DNA of 32,009 bases from Terriglobales bacterium (lineage in GTDB: Bacteria > Zixibacteria > MSB-5A5 > RBG-16-43-9): assembly GCA_035543035.1 (NCBI GenBank), contig DATKKH010000173.1, positions 1 to 32,009 on the forward strand, in the 5' to 3' direction. The position numbers and the translations under genes are program-made. Positions 9,006 through 17,267 of the stretch are shown here, piece after piece. A model generated the notes under the pieces. That model made no database searches and was not told the DNA's origin. It saw nothing but the letters and a program-made list of their open reading frames with translations. Positions within the stretch are counted from its first letter, which is position 1; every line of letters begins with the position of its first letter.

Positions 9006-12000
9006 TTATTTTTTCTCTGGTTCGGATAAGGCTTTAAAATATTCCTTTATTGCTTCTTCATATTCCTTGGGATAAGTTTCTGAAGAAAGTCTCTGGGCTC
9101 TTTCTTTTTCCTTCTGGTCCAAGGCACCGATATCGGGCGGAAGCTGAACCGGGGATTTTCTGGCAATATCCTCGCCTGTTTCTGCTTTCCTTTTCTCGGA
9201 ATAATCTTTTTTGACCAGAGATTTTTCCGAATCCAGAAGACGGGATAAGATTTGCTTTTGCCGGTCTATGGTACTCTGATCCACCTTCATCCTTTGCAGG
9301 TCTTCGACCACCTTCTGCATATCTTTGGCAATATCATCCAGGTTTCCCAGGATCTGGGAGCGGTTTCCTGACTCCTGATTCAGTCTCTCCAGATTCTCTT
9401 TCAAAGCCTGCTGTTCTGCGGCCAAACGGGCTAATTCGGCTTGCTGCTCCATAGAAAACATCCCTTGGTCCGAAAGGTCTAAAGTCTGCTCGTTTATCGA
9501 TCCCTGGTTTTGACACATACCCTGGAGCTTGGAAAAGACATCTGGATTAGGGCATGATTTCTGAGCGTCCTGCACTCCTTCTAAGAGGGATTTGGCTGCC
9601 TGGTTCAGATCGAATAAAGACTCGAACTGGTAACTTAAAGAGCGGTTACCATCCAGTTCTTCCAACCTGCCGATCGACTGGAGCATATTGATCGAAGCCA
9701 GGGATAATTGCATGGCCAGATCAGCATTTATGTAAAACGTTTTCTTGGCCAGCTCATTTAAATCTTTTCCGACCTGGTTTAAGCCCTCCATCAGCCTTTG
9801 CTGTTCAGCAGCCAAGTTCGCCAGTCCGGCCTCTCTGGGCTGAAAGGTTTTTGTATCCTCAAACAGGCTCTCCTGGGAATCCGAAAGGTAAAGGATATCC
9901 TGCAATGATTTCCGCATATCTGCCAGGATCTGCTCTTTGTCTCCCTGCTTCATCTTCTCTAACATCGACTGATACTTCTGACTAAGATTGCTCAGTTTAT
10001 TGGAGCAGGTTTTCCCGGATTTTAAGCTTTCGGATTTTTGCCCCTGCTGCAGGCTCTGGCTGGTATTCTGCATATCGTTTTTGACTCCGGATTTTTCCAC
10101 AGAGCTGACTAAGGTATCCATGTCCTCAGAAGAAAGCAGAGGGGTATCCTTCATCAGCTCGTTTAATTCCTGTAATTTGTTCTCCAGACCTTCGGTTTCT
10201 TTTTTCAGATTCTCCTGCTTGTCCTTAAGAGAGCTTAACTCCTCCTTTTTGGCTTTTTCGATCTCCTTATTAAGATTCTCCTGATTCTGGGCAAGCCTTT
10301 GTGTCAGTTTGACCAGGTCCTCCATCCTCTGCTCAATTCTCATCTGCTTGAGCATGGCAATGGTTTTGTCCAGTCTTTTCAAAAGCTCCTCAGTAGATAA
10401 GTTAAGATTCTGGATCGCCTCCTTTATCTTATCCTTGTCCAAGGTATTCAAAGCCTCCTGCAGTTTTTCCATAGCCTCTTTAAGCTCAGGAGGTGCCACC
10501 TCCTCAAAAAGCTTTTTCATCTCGGCGATTTTCTCCAGCAATTCCAGAGAGGCTAAGTTGTTCTGTTCGATTTTATCTGCGGTTTTACCGGCTTCCTGGC
10601 TTAATTTCTTCAGACTTTCAGCCAGGTCATTTTGTTTTTGCAGAAGGTTATCCAGGTCATTCTTTTTTTCCCAGGAAATTTTTGACTCTTTTTCCTGCGG
10701 ATTGGTGCTTTCGGTCAAAAGGTCCTTGGAGAGCTGATCCAACTTTTTCTGAAGCTCCTTTTGCTCATCCAATTTTTTCTGCAGATCAGCCAACTGGTTT
10801 TCGCTTCCCTGTTCTATCTCTCCGACTATTTCCGCCAGAGTCGGATGACGCAGATTGTAGCTCTGGCTTACACCTTTCTTTGGTCCGGAGAAATTGTCAT
10901 TATCATAGATTTCGACCCAGTATTTCACGTTGTCCCCGGGCATAAGACCGATATTGGATAAGTCCCACGTATAATCCGAGCCGAGCTCTCCCTGGAGTTT
11001 CTCCTCATAGGGGAGTTTAATGGTTTTAGTTTGTTCTTCCTTTGATGGGATCTGATAAACCAGTCTCAAACCGGTAAACCCGAAATCATCATTTCCGTGA
11101 ATCCTCAGCTGAAGTTGCATATTCTCGGTCAAATCTCGGTCTTCGCCGGGCTGGAGGATTTCCACCTGAGGGAAAAGGTCGTCTTTCCTGGTGATCTTAT
11201 ACTCGATCGGATCAGGATTTTTATTTCCGGACTTATCTGCTACTTCCAGATGATAAATTTGGTCCTTTCTGACTAAAATCTTGCCCGTGGCTTTTTTGCC
11301 GTCGATTTTCATCTGAGATTTGGTCGAGTCCGAGAAAATCAGATTACCAACGGAAAGCTCCTTATTGGCTGATGCCTCGATTTTGACTCTTGTTCCGGCT
11401 AATGCCTCGATAGTTCCGTCGTTCTGATCCAGAACCAGAGGCTTCAATTGAGTATATTTCGGATAGTTCAAGGTCAATTTCAGATTGGTTATCCTGGGCT
11501 TGTCCGTAACTTTCAGCTTGTATTGCTCGCTTTTTATTCCTTCGGCTTTGGCATAATAATCGATGTCTCTTTTTACCTGCTTGAAAAGATATTCGAAATC
11601 GTGTCCTCCAACTGTCCCAGCAGTGTCCTGAAGTTGTCCCTTTGCTCCGCTCCGGTCGAGTTTTTCCAGTTTCTCCTGATTCCAGGCACCTTCTCCATCT
11701 CTCCAGTAAAAATCGACCTTAGAAGGTTTTTGTCCTTCTGCTGTGATTTCTATTCTCACGTCCGAATATTTCACCACCTCGGCATTTCCCGGGGAAATCG
11801 AGAAGAAAAATTTTTGGGATGACTGGACGGAGGTTAGAGGATGAGAGAAAAGATATAAGGAGCGGTTGAAATTGCCCGGAGAAAGAAAGGTGAAGATTAA
11901 AACCAATCCTAATAGACCAGAGCATATCTGCAGGGTCTTGCGCAGAGGTTTTTTGTCCACCACTAATCTGAAATCCAATTCCATTGAGACTGTATCTGCC

Positions 12001-12401
12001 TGCTCGATTATCGCCTCGATCATCTGGACAGAATAACCTTCCGGGTTTTTCTCTAAATTCCGGTAAAGCTGCAGGGCTCCGATTAGTCTATCCTTTAGCT
12101 TAGGGAACTGGGTCTCGATTTTGACGGCTAAATCCTCAAGAGGGGGTTTGTAAAAAAGAGGTCTGAGAAAATAATATGAAAAAGCAATGGATAAAGCTAA
12201 AAAGAAAATTCCTAAAAGAGCAACCCTTATGAATACCGACAGGATGAAACCGCTGAGGTAAGATAAAATAAAGCTGAATAAAAGATAGGTGAAGATAACG
12301 GATAGAACGATGAGGGAGCCGTTATATAGCCGCGTCCGGGTGTGATATGACCTAAGAGAGTTGAGACGCGTGATGAGATTGAAATAGCTGGTCGATTTCA
12401 T
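9006..12401 (-). CDS. Large membrane-anchored coiled-coil protein, DUF4175-like
   Basis: 1131 aa. It has N-terminal TM helices with a third TM around residue 165, then a beta-rich region, then about 500 aa of K/E/Q/L-rich coiled coil. Its position downstream of a DUF4159 gene fits the DUF4159/DUF4175 pairing seen in Bat-like clusters. The family name is from memory of architecture, not from a search. Confidence 0.8.
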   Translation of the reverse strand: MKSTSYFNLITRLNSLRSYHTRTRLYNGSLIVLSVIFTYLLFSFILSYLSGFILSVFIRVALLGIFFLALSIAFSYYFLRPLFYKPPLEDLAVKIETQFPKLKDRLIGALQLYRNLEKNPEGYSVQMIEAIIEQADTVSMELDFRLVVDKKPLRKTLQICSGLLGLVLIFTFLSPGNFNRSLYLFSHPLTSVQSSQKFFFSISPGNAEVVKYSDVRIEITAEGQKPSKVDFYWRDGEGAWNQEKLEKLDRSGAKGQLQDTAGTVGGHDFEYLFKQVKRDIDYYAKAEGIKSEQYKLKVTDKPRITNLKLTLNYPKYTQLKPLVLDQNDGTIEALAGTRVKIEASANKELSVGNLIFSDSTKSQMKIDGKKATGKILVRKDQIYHLEVADKSGNKNPDPIEYKITRKDDLFPQVEILQPGEDRDLTENMQLQLRIHGNDDFGFTGLRLVYQIPSKEEQTKTIKLPYEEKLQGELGSDYTWDLSNIGLMPGDNVKYWVEIYDNDNFSGPKKGVSQSYNLRHPTLAEIVGEIEQGSENQLADLQKKLDEQKELQKKLDQLSKDLLTESTNPQEKESKISWEKKNDLDNLLQKQNDLAESLKKLSQEAGKTADKIEQNNLASLELLEKIAEMKKLFEEVAPPELKEAMEKLQEALNTLDKDKIKEAIQNLNLSTEELLKRLDKTIAMLKQMRIEQRMEDLVKLTQRLAQNQENLNKEIEKAKKEELSSLKDKQENLKKETEGLENKLQELNELMKDTPLLSSEDMDTLVSSVEKSGVKNDMQNTSQSLQQGQKSESLKSGKTCSNKLSNLSQKYQSMLEKMKQGDKEQILADMRKSLQDILYLSDSQESLFEDTKTFQPREAGLANLAAEQQRLMEGLNQVGKDLNELAKKTFYINADLAMQLSLASINMLQSIGRLEELDGNRSLSYQFESLFDLNQAAKSLLEGVQDAQKSCPNPDVFSKLQGMCQNQGSINEQTLDLSDQGMFSMEQQAELARLAAEQQALKENLERLNQESGNRSQILGNLDDIAKDMQKVVEDLQRMKVDQSTIDRQKQILSRLLDSEKSLVKKDYSEKRKAETGEDIARKSPVQLPPDIGALDQKEKERAQRLSSETYPKEYEEAIKEYFKALSEPEKK

Positions 12402-12413
12402 CTTGTTTCCGAC

Positions 12414-12631
12414 CCAGGTTGGGGGTAACCTGGATCTACCTGTTCTATGTCATTGCGAGTTCCCGTATGGGGCGAATCAATCCGCTTATCGTGGACAGAT
12501 TGCTTCGTCGTCAAATGACCACCTCGCAATGACACCTATCTTCCACGTTGTGTCAGGAGCTACTCCTCTATGAGCCGTAAAGCTTTTATCGGCTGACACG
12601 ATGGTCGCCTGTCAGGTCTAGGACCTGACAG
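12414..12631. repeat. Composite structured spacer: hairpin, 12-bp terminal inverted repeat unit, multi-stem region, 23-nt palindrome
   Basis: A ccaggtt/aacctgg hairpin lies at 12414-12433. tgtcattgcgag (12448-12459) and ctcgcaatgaca (12523-12534) flank 63 bp. gtgtca/tgacac (12550-12599) encloses two small hairpins. ctgtcaggtc-tag-gacctgacag lies at 12609-12631. Confidence 0.7.
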
Positions 12632-12771
12632 AACAACAAAACACCAATTACTAATAATACGTAATCAAACTAGCCTAAATTTTCAAATTATTAAGTCCAG
12701 CCTACCCCTCAAAGGCGGTAATTACATAGTCTACCTGCTTTGTGAGCAAAGCAAACTTACCAATAAAGAGT

Positions 12772-13521
12772 TCAATTTTCCAACACCCAGGTTATGATAT
12801 TCACCCCCATTTTAAGGGCGGCTTCGCGTTTTTCAGGGGGGTCGTTGTGGACCTGGGGGTCTTCCCAGCCGTCTCCGATGTCGGACTCGTAAACGTAAAA
12901 AACTACCAGCCGGTTTTCTCCTACGGATCCGTTGACGGAATAAAATATCCCGAATCCTTGGGCGGGTTTTCCCTCGTGCTTGTGAATTTTGGGAAGGCCG
13001 TTGGAGAAATCATAATAAGAATGATAAATCCCGTGATTGAAAGGAATCTCCACCAGTTCGTTATTGGGAAAAACCTTTTTCATCTCCCTTCTGAAAGCCT
13101 TATCCAGCCCATAAGAGTCATTGGCGAATAAAAAGCCACCACGAGTCAGGTAAGTTCTCAGCCTGTCCACTTCTTCATCAGAGAATTTTATGTTCCCGTG
13201 CCCGGTTAAGAACAAAAACGGATAGTTGAAAAGCTCTTTATCCATAATGCTTACCCTGACTTCATTCTCGTCCACAGGGATATTGGTATTCTCTTTCAGG
13301 AATTTGAGCATATTGGGAATGGCAGATGAGCCCCAGTACCAGTCACCGCCTCCTTCATATTTCAATCTTGCGATTGTAAAGGCGTTCGGATCTTTTTTGA
13401 CCTGAGTCGCTGGAGCTGAAGGCATCCTGACTGTCTGAGAAAAAAGAATTGAATTGTCCATGAAAACAATGAGAAGCATAATAGACAAAGAAAGAAAGAT
13501 TTTTGAAATTCTGGAGGACAT
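12772..13521 (-). CDS. DUF4159 domain protein (class I glutamine amidotransferase-like fold), secreted
   Basis: 249 aa with a signal peptide. The motif ARLKYEGGGDWY and the FLFLTGHG block are typical of DUF4159. An AAGGAG lies 7 nt before the ATG. Confidence 0.8.
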   Translation of the reverse strand: MSSRISKIFLSLSIMLLIVFMDNSILFSQTVRMPSAPATQVKKDPNAFTIARLKYEGGGDWYWGSSAIPNMLKFLKENTNIPVDENEVRVSIMDKELFNYPFLFLTGHGNIKFSDEEVDRLRTYLTRGGFLFANDSYGLDKAFRREMKKVFPNNELVEIPFNHGIYHSYYDFSNGLPKIHKHEGKPAQGFGIFYSVNGSVGENRLVVFYVYESDIGDGWEDPQVHNDPPEKREAALKMGVNIITWVLEN

Positions 13522-13650
13522 TAAAGAACTCCTTAAATCAATGCTAGATGCCTACTAACAAGTGTACTATGACTTCAATTAAAATCTATGGTATTCAGAT
13601 TAAATGTCAATAGTAATTAGACGGATGATGATAGATAATATGATTTTATT

Positions 13651-13733
13651 GTAGGGACAGAACAGTGTTCTGTCCATCAATGGCGACCCCGAAAGGGTCG
13701 CACTACGAAAGGGCGAGGTAACCTCGCCCCTAC
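13651..13733. repeat. Three tandem GTAG-headed REP hairpins
   Basis: 13651-13675 (+) is gtagggacagaacagtgttctgtcc. 13683-13706 (-) is gtagtgcgaccctttcggggtcgc. 13711-13733 (-) is gtaggggcgaggttacctcgccc. Confidence 0.85.
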
Positions 13734-13739
13734 ATTCTA

Positions 13740-14630
13740 TCAATTATCTTTCTCTAATGCCAACTTTCTCCTCAAGTCATAAATGCAGTTTTCCGGATTG
13801 GTTATTCCCTGGAGGCAGAAAAGGTGGCGGTAGTTTCTTCTCCTCTTAGCATCCTCTTCGCTGATATCCAGCAAGATCCCTTTATCGCAGGCAAAACATT
13901 TTTCCGGCTGGACGTCGAACTCAGTCCCGGTCCTGCTGGCGACTAAGACCTCTCCCAAATTCCAGCCTGAAGAGCTTGAATACGCCTCCGCAGAATCATT
14001 CCGGTTAACTTCGATTTCCTTTGGACTGTAAAAGACGATTCTGCCGCGGTCGGTTTTCAGTTTTGCCCGGAAATCGATTTTGTCGCCAGGCAGAAGCTGG
14101 TAATCTCTGTGCATTCTCGCAGGAAGGTTCAGATAGAAATAGTCCTGGAAGAAAATCCTATCTATGTATCCTTCTCTGAAACTGAGCAAAAATCCCAGGA
14201 AGCTTATCTGCTCTTTTTTAAACAGGATATTTTTTCTGAAATGGGGCACTATCGAATTTACTACTCCGTCTACATCGACCATTTTCCCCTGAAGACCGGA
14301 CAGCCAGTGCTCATAATCCTCTAATTCCCTCTGGAAGATTTTGAATTCATCATCCGAGAGCAGAACCTCCGGCTGAAAATTCAGCTTCTCCTCGAAATAA
14401 TTTTTGCAGGAAAAGCAGCTCTTTCCCACATGTTTATATTTTTTCGGACACCCGCTCCCCTTGTTAAGCAGCTTGCATTTCCATTCGAAATAGATGCATC
14501 CTGCAGGGAAACACTTTTTCTCCTTGAGCACGTGGTGAACCGAGACGTTTTTTTCGAATCTGAAATGAGCTTTGTGCCCGCATCTGTAGACGTCTTCTCT
14601 CTTATGCTGGTTGATTAAGGTTTTCTGCAT
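13740..14630 (-). CDS. Cys-rich hypothetical protein (putative zinc-binding N- and C-terminal modules flanking a beta-rich core)
   Basis: 296-aa ORF with GGAG 8 nt before the ATG. There are 7 Cys in residues 17-75, including CFSC. A CFAC motif plus 2 more Cys sit near the C-terminus. I recognise no family. Confidence 0.75.
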   Translation of the reverse strand: MQKTLINQHKREDVYRCGHKAHFRFEKNVSVHHVLKEKKCFPAGCIYFEWKCKLLNKGSGCPKKYKHVGKSCFSCKNYFEEKLNFQPEVLLSDDEFKIFQRELEDYEHWLSGLQGKMVDVDGVVNSIVPHFRKNILFKKEQISFLGFLLSFREGYIDRIFFQDYFYLNLPARMHRDYQLLPGDKIDFRAKLKTDRGRIVFYSPKEIEVNRNDSAEAYSSSSGWNLGEVLVASRTGTEFDVQPEKCFACDKGILLDISEEDAKRRRNYRHLFCLQGITNPENCIYDLRRKLALEKDN

Positions 14631-14780
14631 GCAGATAACTCCGATTTTTGAGGACTATATTAATTTAATACGTCAATCAGTAGATGGAAATAGAAAAACA
14701 AGAAATTTGAAAAGGATGATAGTCCTTTGCACCTTTTCTTTGAAATTATGACCAGTAGCTGCTTTACGAGAAGCACAGAA

Positions 14781-14844
14781 CTCACCCTGAATCACTCTCT
14801 TAAAAGAGAGGGACTTTGACCCCTTCTCTTCTTAAGAGAAGGGG
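14781..14844. repeat. Two non-GTAG hairpin repeats (CTCACCC...CTCTCTT/AAGAGAG and CCCCTTCTCTT/AAGAGAAGGGG)
   Basis: The first is ctcaccctgaatcactctcttaaaagagaggga. The second is ccccttctcttcttaagagaagggg, with an 11-bp perfect stem. Relatives lie at 24721-24752 and 26727-26828. Confidence 0.75.
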
Positions 14845-14920
14845 TAAGGGGATGAGTTCGAAAACTTTCTCTAACAAAACCTCAAACCAGTTGAGGGAGT
14901 TACACAACAGTTGCCCTGAA

Positions 14921-15078
14921 ACGCATGCCATGCGTCTCTACGAACTTGATGGAAATAAAAAAATTGGAGGTAGGGGGCGCCCCTGCAGTTGGGCGGAATT
15001 GAACTCCGCCCCTACACGATTCTTATAGGAATTCATATTCCTAAAAGACCGAAGGACAGAACGATGTTCTGTCCCTAC
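14921..15078. repeat. Four GTAG-headed REP hairpins
   Basis: 14921-14941 (-) is gtagagacgcatggcatgcgt. 14970-14984 (+) is gtagggggcgcccct. 14991-15015 (-) is gtaggggcggagttcaattccgccc. 15054-15078 (-) is gtagggacagaacatcgttctgtcc, 23/25 identical to 13651-13675. Confidence 0.85.
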
Positions 15079-15092
15079 AAGATATTTTTATG

Positions 15093-15121
15093 TTGACAAT
15101 AAAAATCTTAGAGGATAATAT
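15093..15121 (+). promoter_or_regulatory. Candidate sigma-70 promoter TTGACA-17 nt-TAATAT
   Basis: TTGACA lies at 15093-15098 and TAATAT at 15116-15121. This overlaps the first two in-frame ATGs of the EBP ORF. It is a motif match in AT-rich DNA only. Confidence 0.3.
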
Positions 15122-16922
15122 GGAAAATATGAGGAGAAAAGAAGAATCCAAATTAGACAGTTTAGAGGAAAATCTCAAAAGCTTGACTAATTCAGGAAAC
15201 AAGGGTATCAAGCTTTTGTATCGCGGTTTGAATTCAGTCACTGGTGACCTTTCCGAGCTGCCCAATCTTGCCTCGCCCAAACTCTCCACTTCCTTCGAGA
15301 AAATCACCCAGGGTATAGATGAGCTGGAAAAGAAAATTTCATCCCTGGAAAATTCCTTGGAAGAAGGGCTGGCTAAAATCGGGCAGGAATATCAGAAGCT
15401 CAAAAAAGAATATGAGGAGAAGGAAGAGGAAAGAAGGATTTACCGGATTCTGTATGAGCTTTCCACCATAATCTATGCGGAAAGAGACATCAATCTGCTT
15501 CTGGAAGCGGTTCTGGATTCGGTCATAGACATTTTCTCTGCGGAAAAAGGATTTTTAGAAGTATATGACGAGAACAAAAATCTGAAATTAAGGCTGGCTA
15601 AGGATAAACAAAAGAAGGTTCTGGAGGAAACTGAAGAAGAGATTAAATCTGGAGTCATCGAGGACGTTCTCTCCACCGGTAACAATGTTTTAATTCAACA
15701 GTTGATCTACAAGGAAACAGAGGATAAGGAGGATTGGAGCAGGGGGACAAAATCTCTCCTCTGCATTCCTCTCAAGTCCAAAGAAAATGTATTAGGGGTG
15801 ATCTATTTAGAGGATAGCCGCGAAGGAGAATCGTTCTCCTCTGGTGACGTGGAGCTTTTGAATTCTTTAGCTGAAAGAGTATCCGTGGCGTTAGAAAATA
15901 ACCTTCTTTTTATGGAGCTGAAGGAGTCAGAGGAAAAATTACTTTCAGACTTAAGGGAAAAGTTCAAGTTCGACGAGATATTGGGGAACAGTCCGCAGAT
16001 GGTCGAAATTTTAAAAACCGTGGCAGATATCGCAGACACTGAAGCGACTGTTCTGATCGAGGGCGAAAGCGGGACCGGAAAGGAGCTTTTGGCCCGGGCG
16101 ATCCATTTCAATTCCAGCCGCTCCCGAAAGCCTTTTGTACCCATAAACTGCGCGGCAATTCCGGAAACCCTTCTGGAGTCCGAGCTTTTTGGATACGAGA
16201 AGGGAGCATTCACCGGTGCTACCCAGAAAAAATTAGGAAAATTCGAAGTCGCCAATGGAGGGACGATCTTTTTGGATGAAATCGGGGAGATGAGTCCGCT
16301 TCTTCAGGTCAAGATTTTACGCTTTCTGCAGTCGCATGAATTCGAGCCGCTGGGCTCCAATAAAGTCAAGAAGTCGGACGTGAGGATAATCGCTGCTACC
16401 AATAAAGACCTTTTGGCTCTGGTCAAAGAAAACAAATTTAGAGAAGACCTTTTCTACCGGATAAACGTGATAAATCTCAGACTTCCGCCTTTAAGAGAAA
16501 GAAAACTGGACATAGCACCTCTGGCAGAAAGTTTTTCCAGGAAATTTTCAAAGAAATCCGATAAGCAGATCAAAGGAATAGAGGTCGAAGCCTTAAATTT
16601 TCTCTCACGCTACAGATTCCCCGGAAATATCAGGGAACTGGAAAATATCATCGAGCGGGCAGTGATTCTGGCGAAAGGTGAATGGATTACCAGAGACGAT
16701 TTCCCAAAAAGCATTTTCGATGGATCGGGAAATGATTCGGAAATTAAAATCGCCCAGAATTATTCGGAGCTCAAATCTTTGAGAAATAAAGCAGTGGAAG
16801 AGGTCGAGAAAAAATTCCTGGAGAATCTCCTTCTGAGAAACAATAACAATGTCTCCCGAGCAGCTAAAGAAGCCGGTATGCACAGGGTGGAATTGCAGAG
16901 ACTCCTCAAAAAATATAAGTAA
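15120..16922 (+). CDS. Sigma-54-dependent transcriptional activator (coiled-coil N-terminus, GAF, AAA+, Fis-type HTH)
   Basis: It has Walker A GESGTGKE, the sigma-54 contact loop GAFTGA (EKGAFTGATQKK), Walker B FLDEIGEM, and a C-terminal HTH NVSRAAKEAGMHRVELQRLLKKY. The ORF opens at 15090. The ATG at 15120 has GAGGA 4 nt upstream. The ATG at 15129 is also possible. Confidence 0.93.
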   Translation: MENMRRKEESKLDSLEENLKSLTNSGNKGIKLLYRGLNSVTGDLSELPNLASPKLSTSFEKITQGIDELEKKISSLENSLEEGLAKIGQEYQKLKKEYEEKEEERRIYRILYELSTIIYAERDINLLLEAVLDSVIDIFSAEKGFLEVYDENKNLKLRLAKDKQKKVLEETEEEIKSGVIEDVLSTGNNVLIQQLIYKETEDKEDWSRGTKSLLCIPLKSKENVLGVIYLEDSREGESFSSGDVELLNSLAERVSVALENNLLFMELKESEEKLLSDLREKFKFDEILGNSPQMVEILKTVADIADTEATVLIEGESGTGKELLARAIHFNSSRSRKPFVPINCAAIPETLLESELFGYEKGAFTGATQKKLGKFEVANGGTIFLDEIGEMSPLLQVKILRFLQSHEFEPLGSNKVKKSDVRIIAATNKDLLALVKENKFREDLFYRINVINLRLPPLRERKLDIAPLAESFSRKFSKKSDKQIKGIEVEALNFLSRYRFPGNIRELENIIERAVILAKGEWITRDDFPKSIFDGSGNDSEIKIAQNYSELKSLRNKAVEEVEKKFLENLLLRNNNNVSRAAKEAGMHRVELQRLLKKYK

Positions 16923-17193
16923 TCTTTTCTTCGAAGCGGAAAGCTTCAGCTTTACTAAAAAAACCTTAAGGTCTGTCCCTCAGATTTCCTTTAAAAAGTC
17001 AAATATATTTTTTCTGCAACAGAATAGTTATTTTGCTACATCATTGTTGCATCTTATAAAATAGCATTTCCATAGTCTTTTTAACCTCAATGTGTTAAGA
17101 GAGTGTAACTGTATAGTTGCATAAAAATACGAACCAAGGAACATATAAATTTATAATCCATTGGATAGCAATCACTTAATTATAAGCAAAATC

Positions 17194-17209
17194 TGGCACA
17201 GCAGTTGCA
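17194..17209 (+). promoter_or_regulatory. Sigma-54 (-24/-12) promoter
   Basis: TGGCACagcagTTGCA has GG at 17195-17196 and GC at 17207-17208, exactly 12 bp apart. It differs from the TGGCACG-N4-TTGCW consensus at only one specified position. It lies about 270 bp downstream of the EBP stop and about 50 nt upstream of the ATG at 17268. Confidence 0.75.
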
Positions 17210-17267
17210 ATCTATTAATGTACAAGGTATTATAGTGAGCGACAAATTAAGCAAAACAGAAAAGGAG

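Noticed and set aside
9334-11925. Multiple ORFs of 60-150 aa overlapping the 1131-aa gene on either strand
   Set aside because: They are by-products of the low-complexity K/E/Q/L coiled-coil coding region (S/F/L-rich reverse translations). The long minus-strand ORF explains the region.
12742-13131. 129-aa plus-strand ORF
   Set aside because: It is antisense to the DUF4159 gene, which has a signal peptide, family motifs and a good RBS.
14991-15015. tRNA T-arm-like hairpin (minus strand ggcgga-GTTCAAT-tccgcc) suggesting a tRNA or tRNA fragment
   Set aside because: No acceptor, D or anticodon arms can be built around it. It carries the GTAG head and fits the REP pattern.
14816-15028. 70-aa plus-strand ORF (MTPSLLKRRGKGMSS...GGRGRPCSWAELNSAPTRFL)
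   Set aside because: It is a translation straight through the CT-rich hairpin and four REP elements. It has no RBS, and its composition is dictated by palindromes. It is a typical repeat-derived phantom ORF.
17205-17267. TTG start at 17205 for the GxxExxY ORF (141-aa version in the track)
   Set aside because: The TTG is the TTGC of the -12 element of the sigma-54 promoter. The family N-terminus aligns with M22 (17268).
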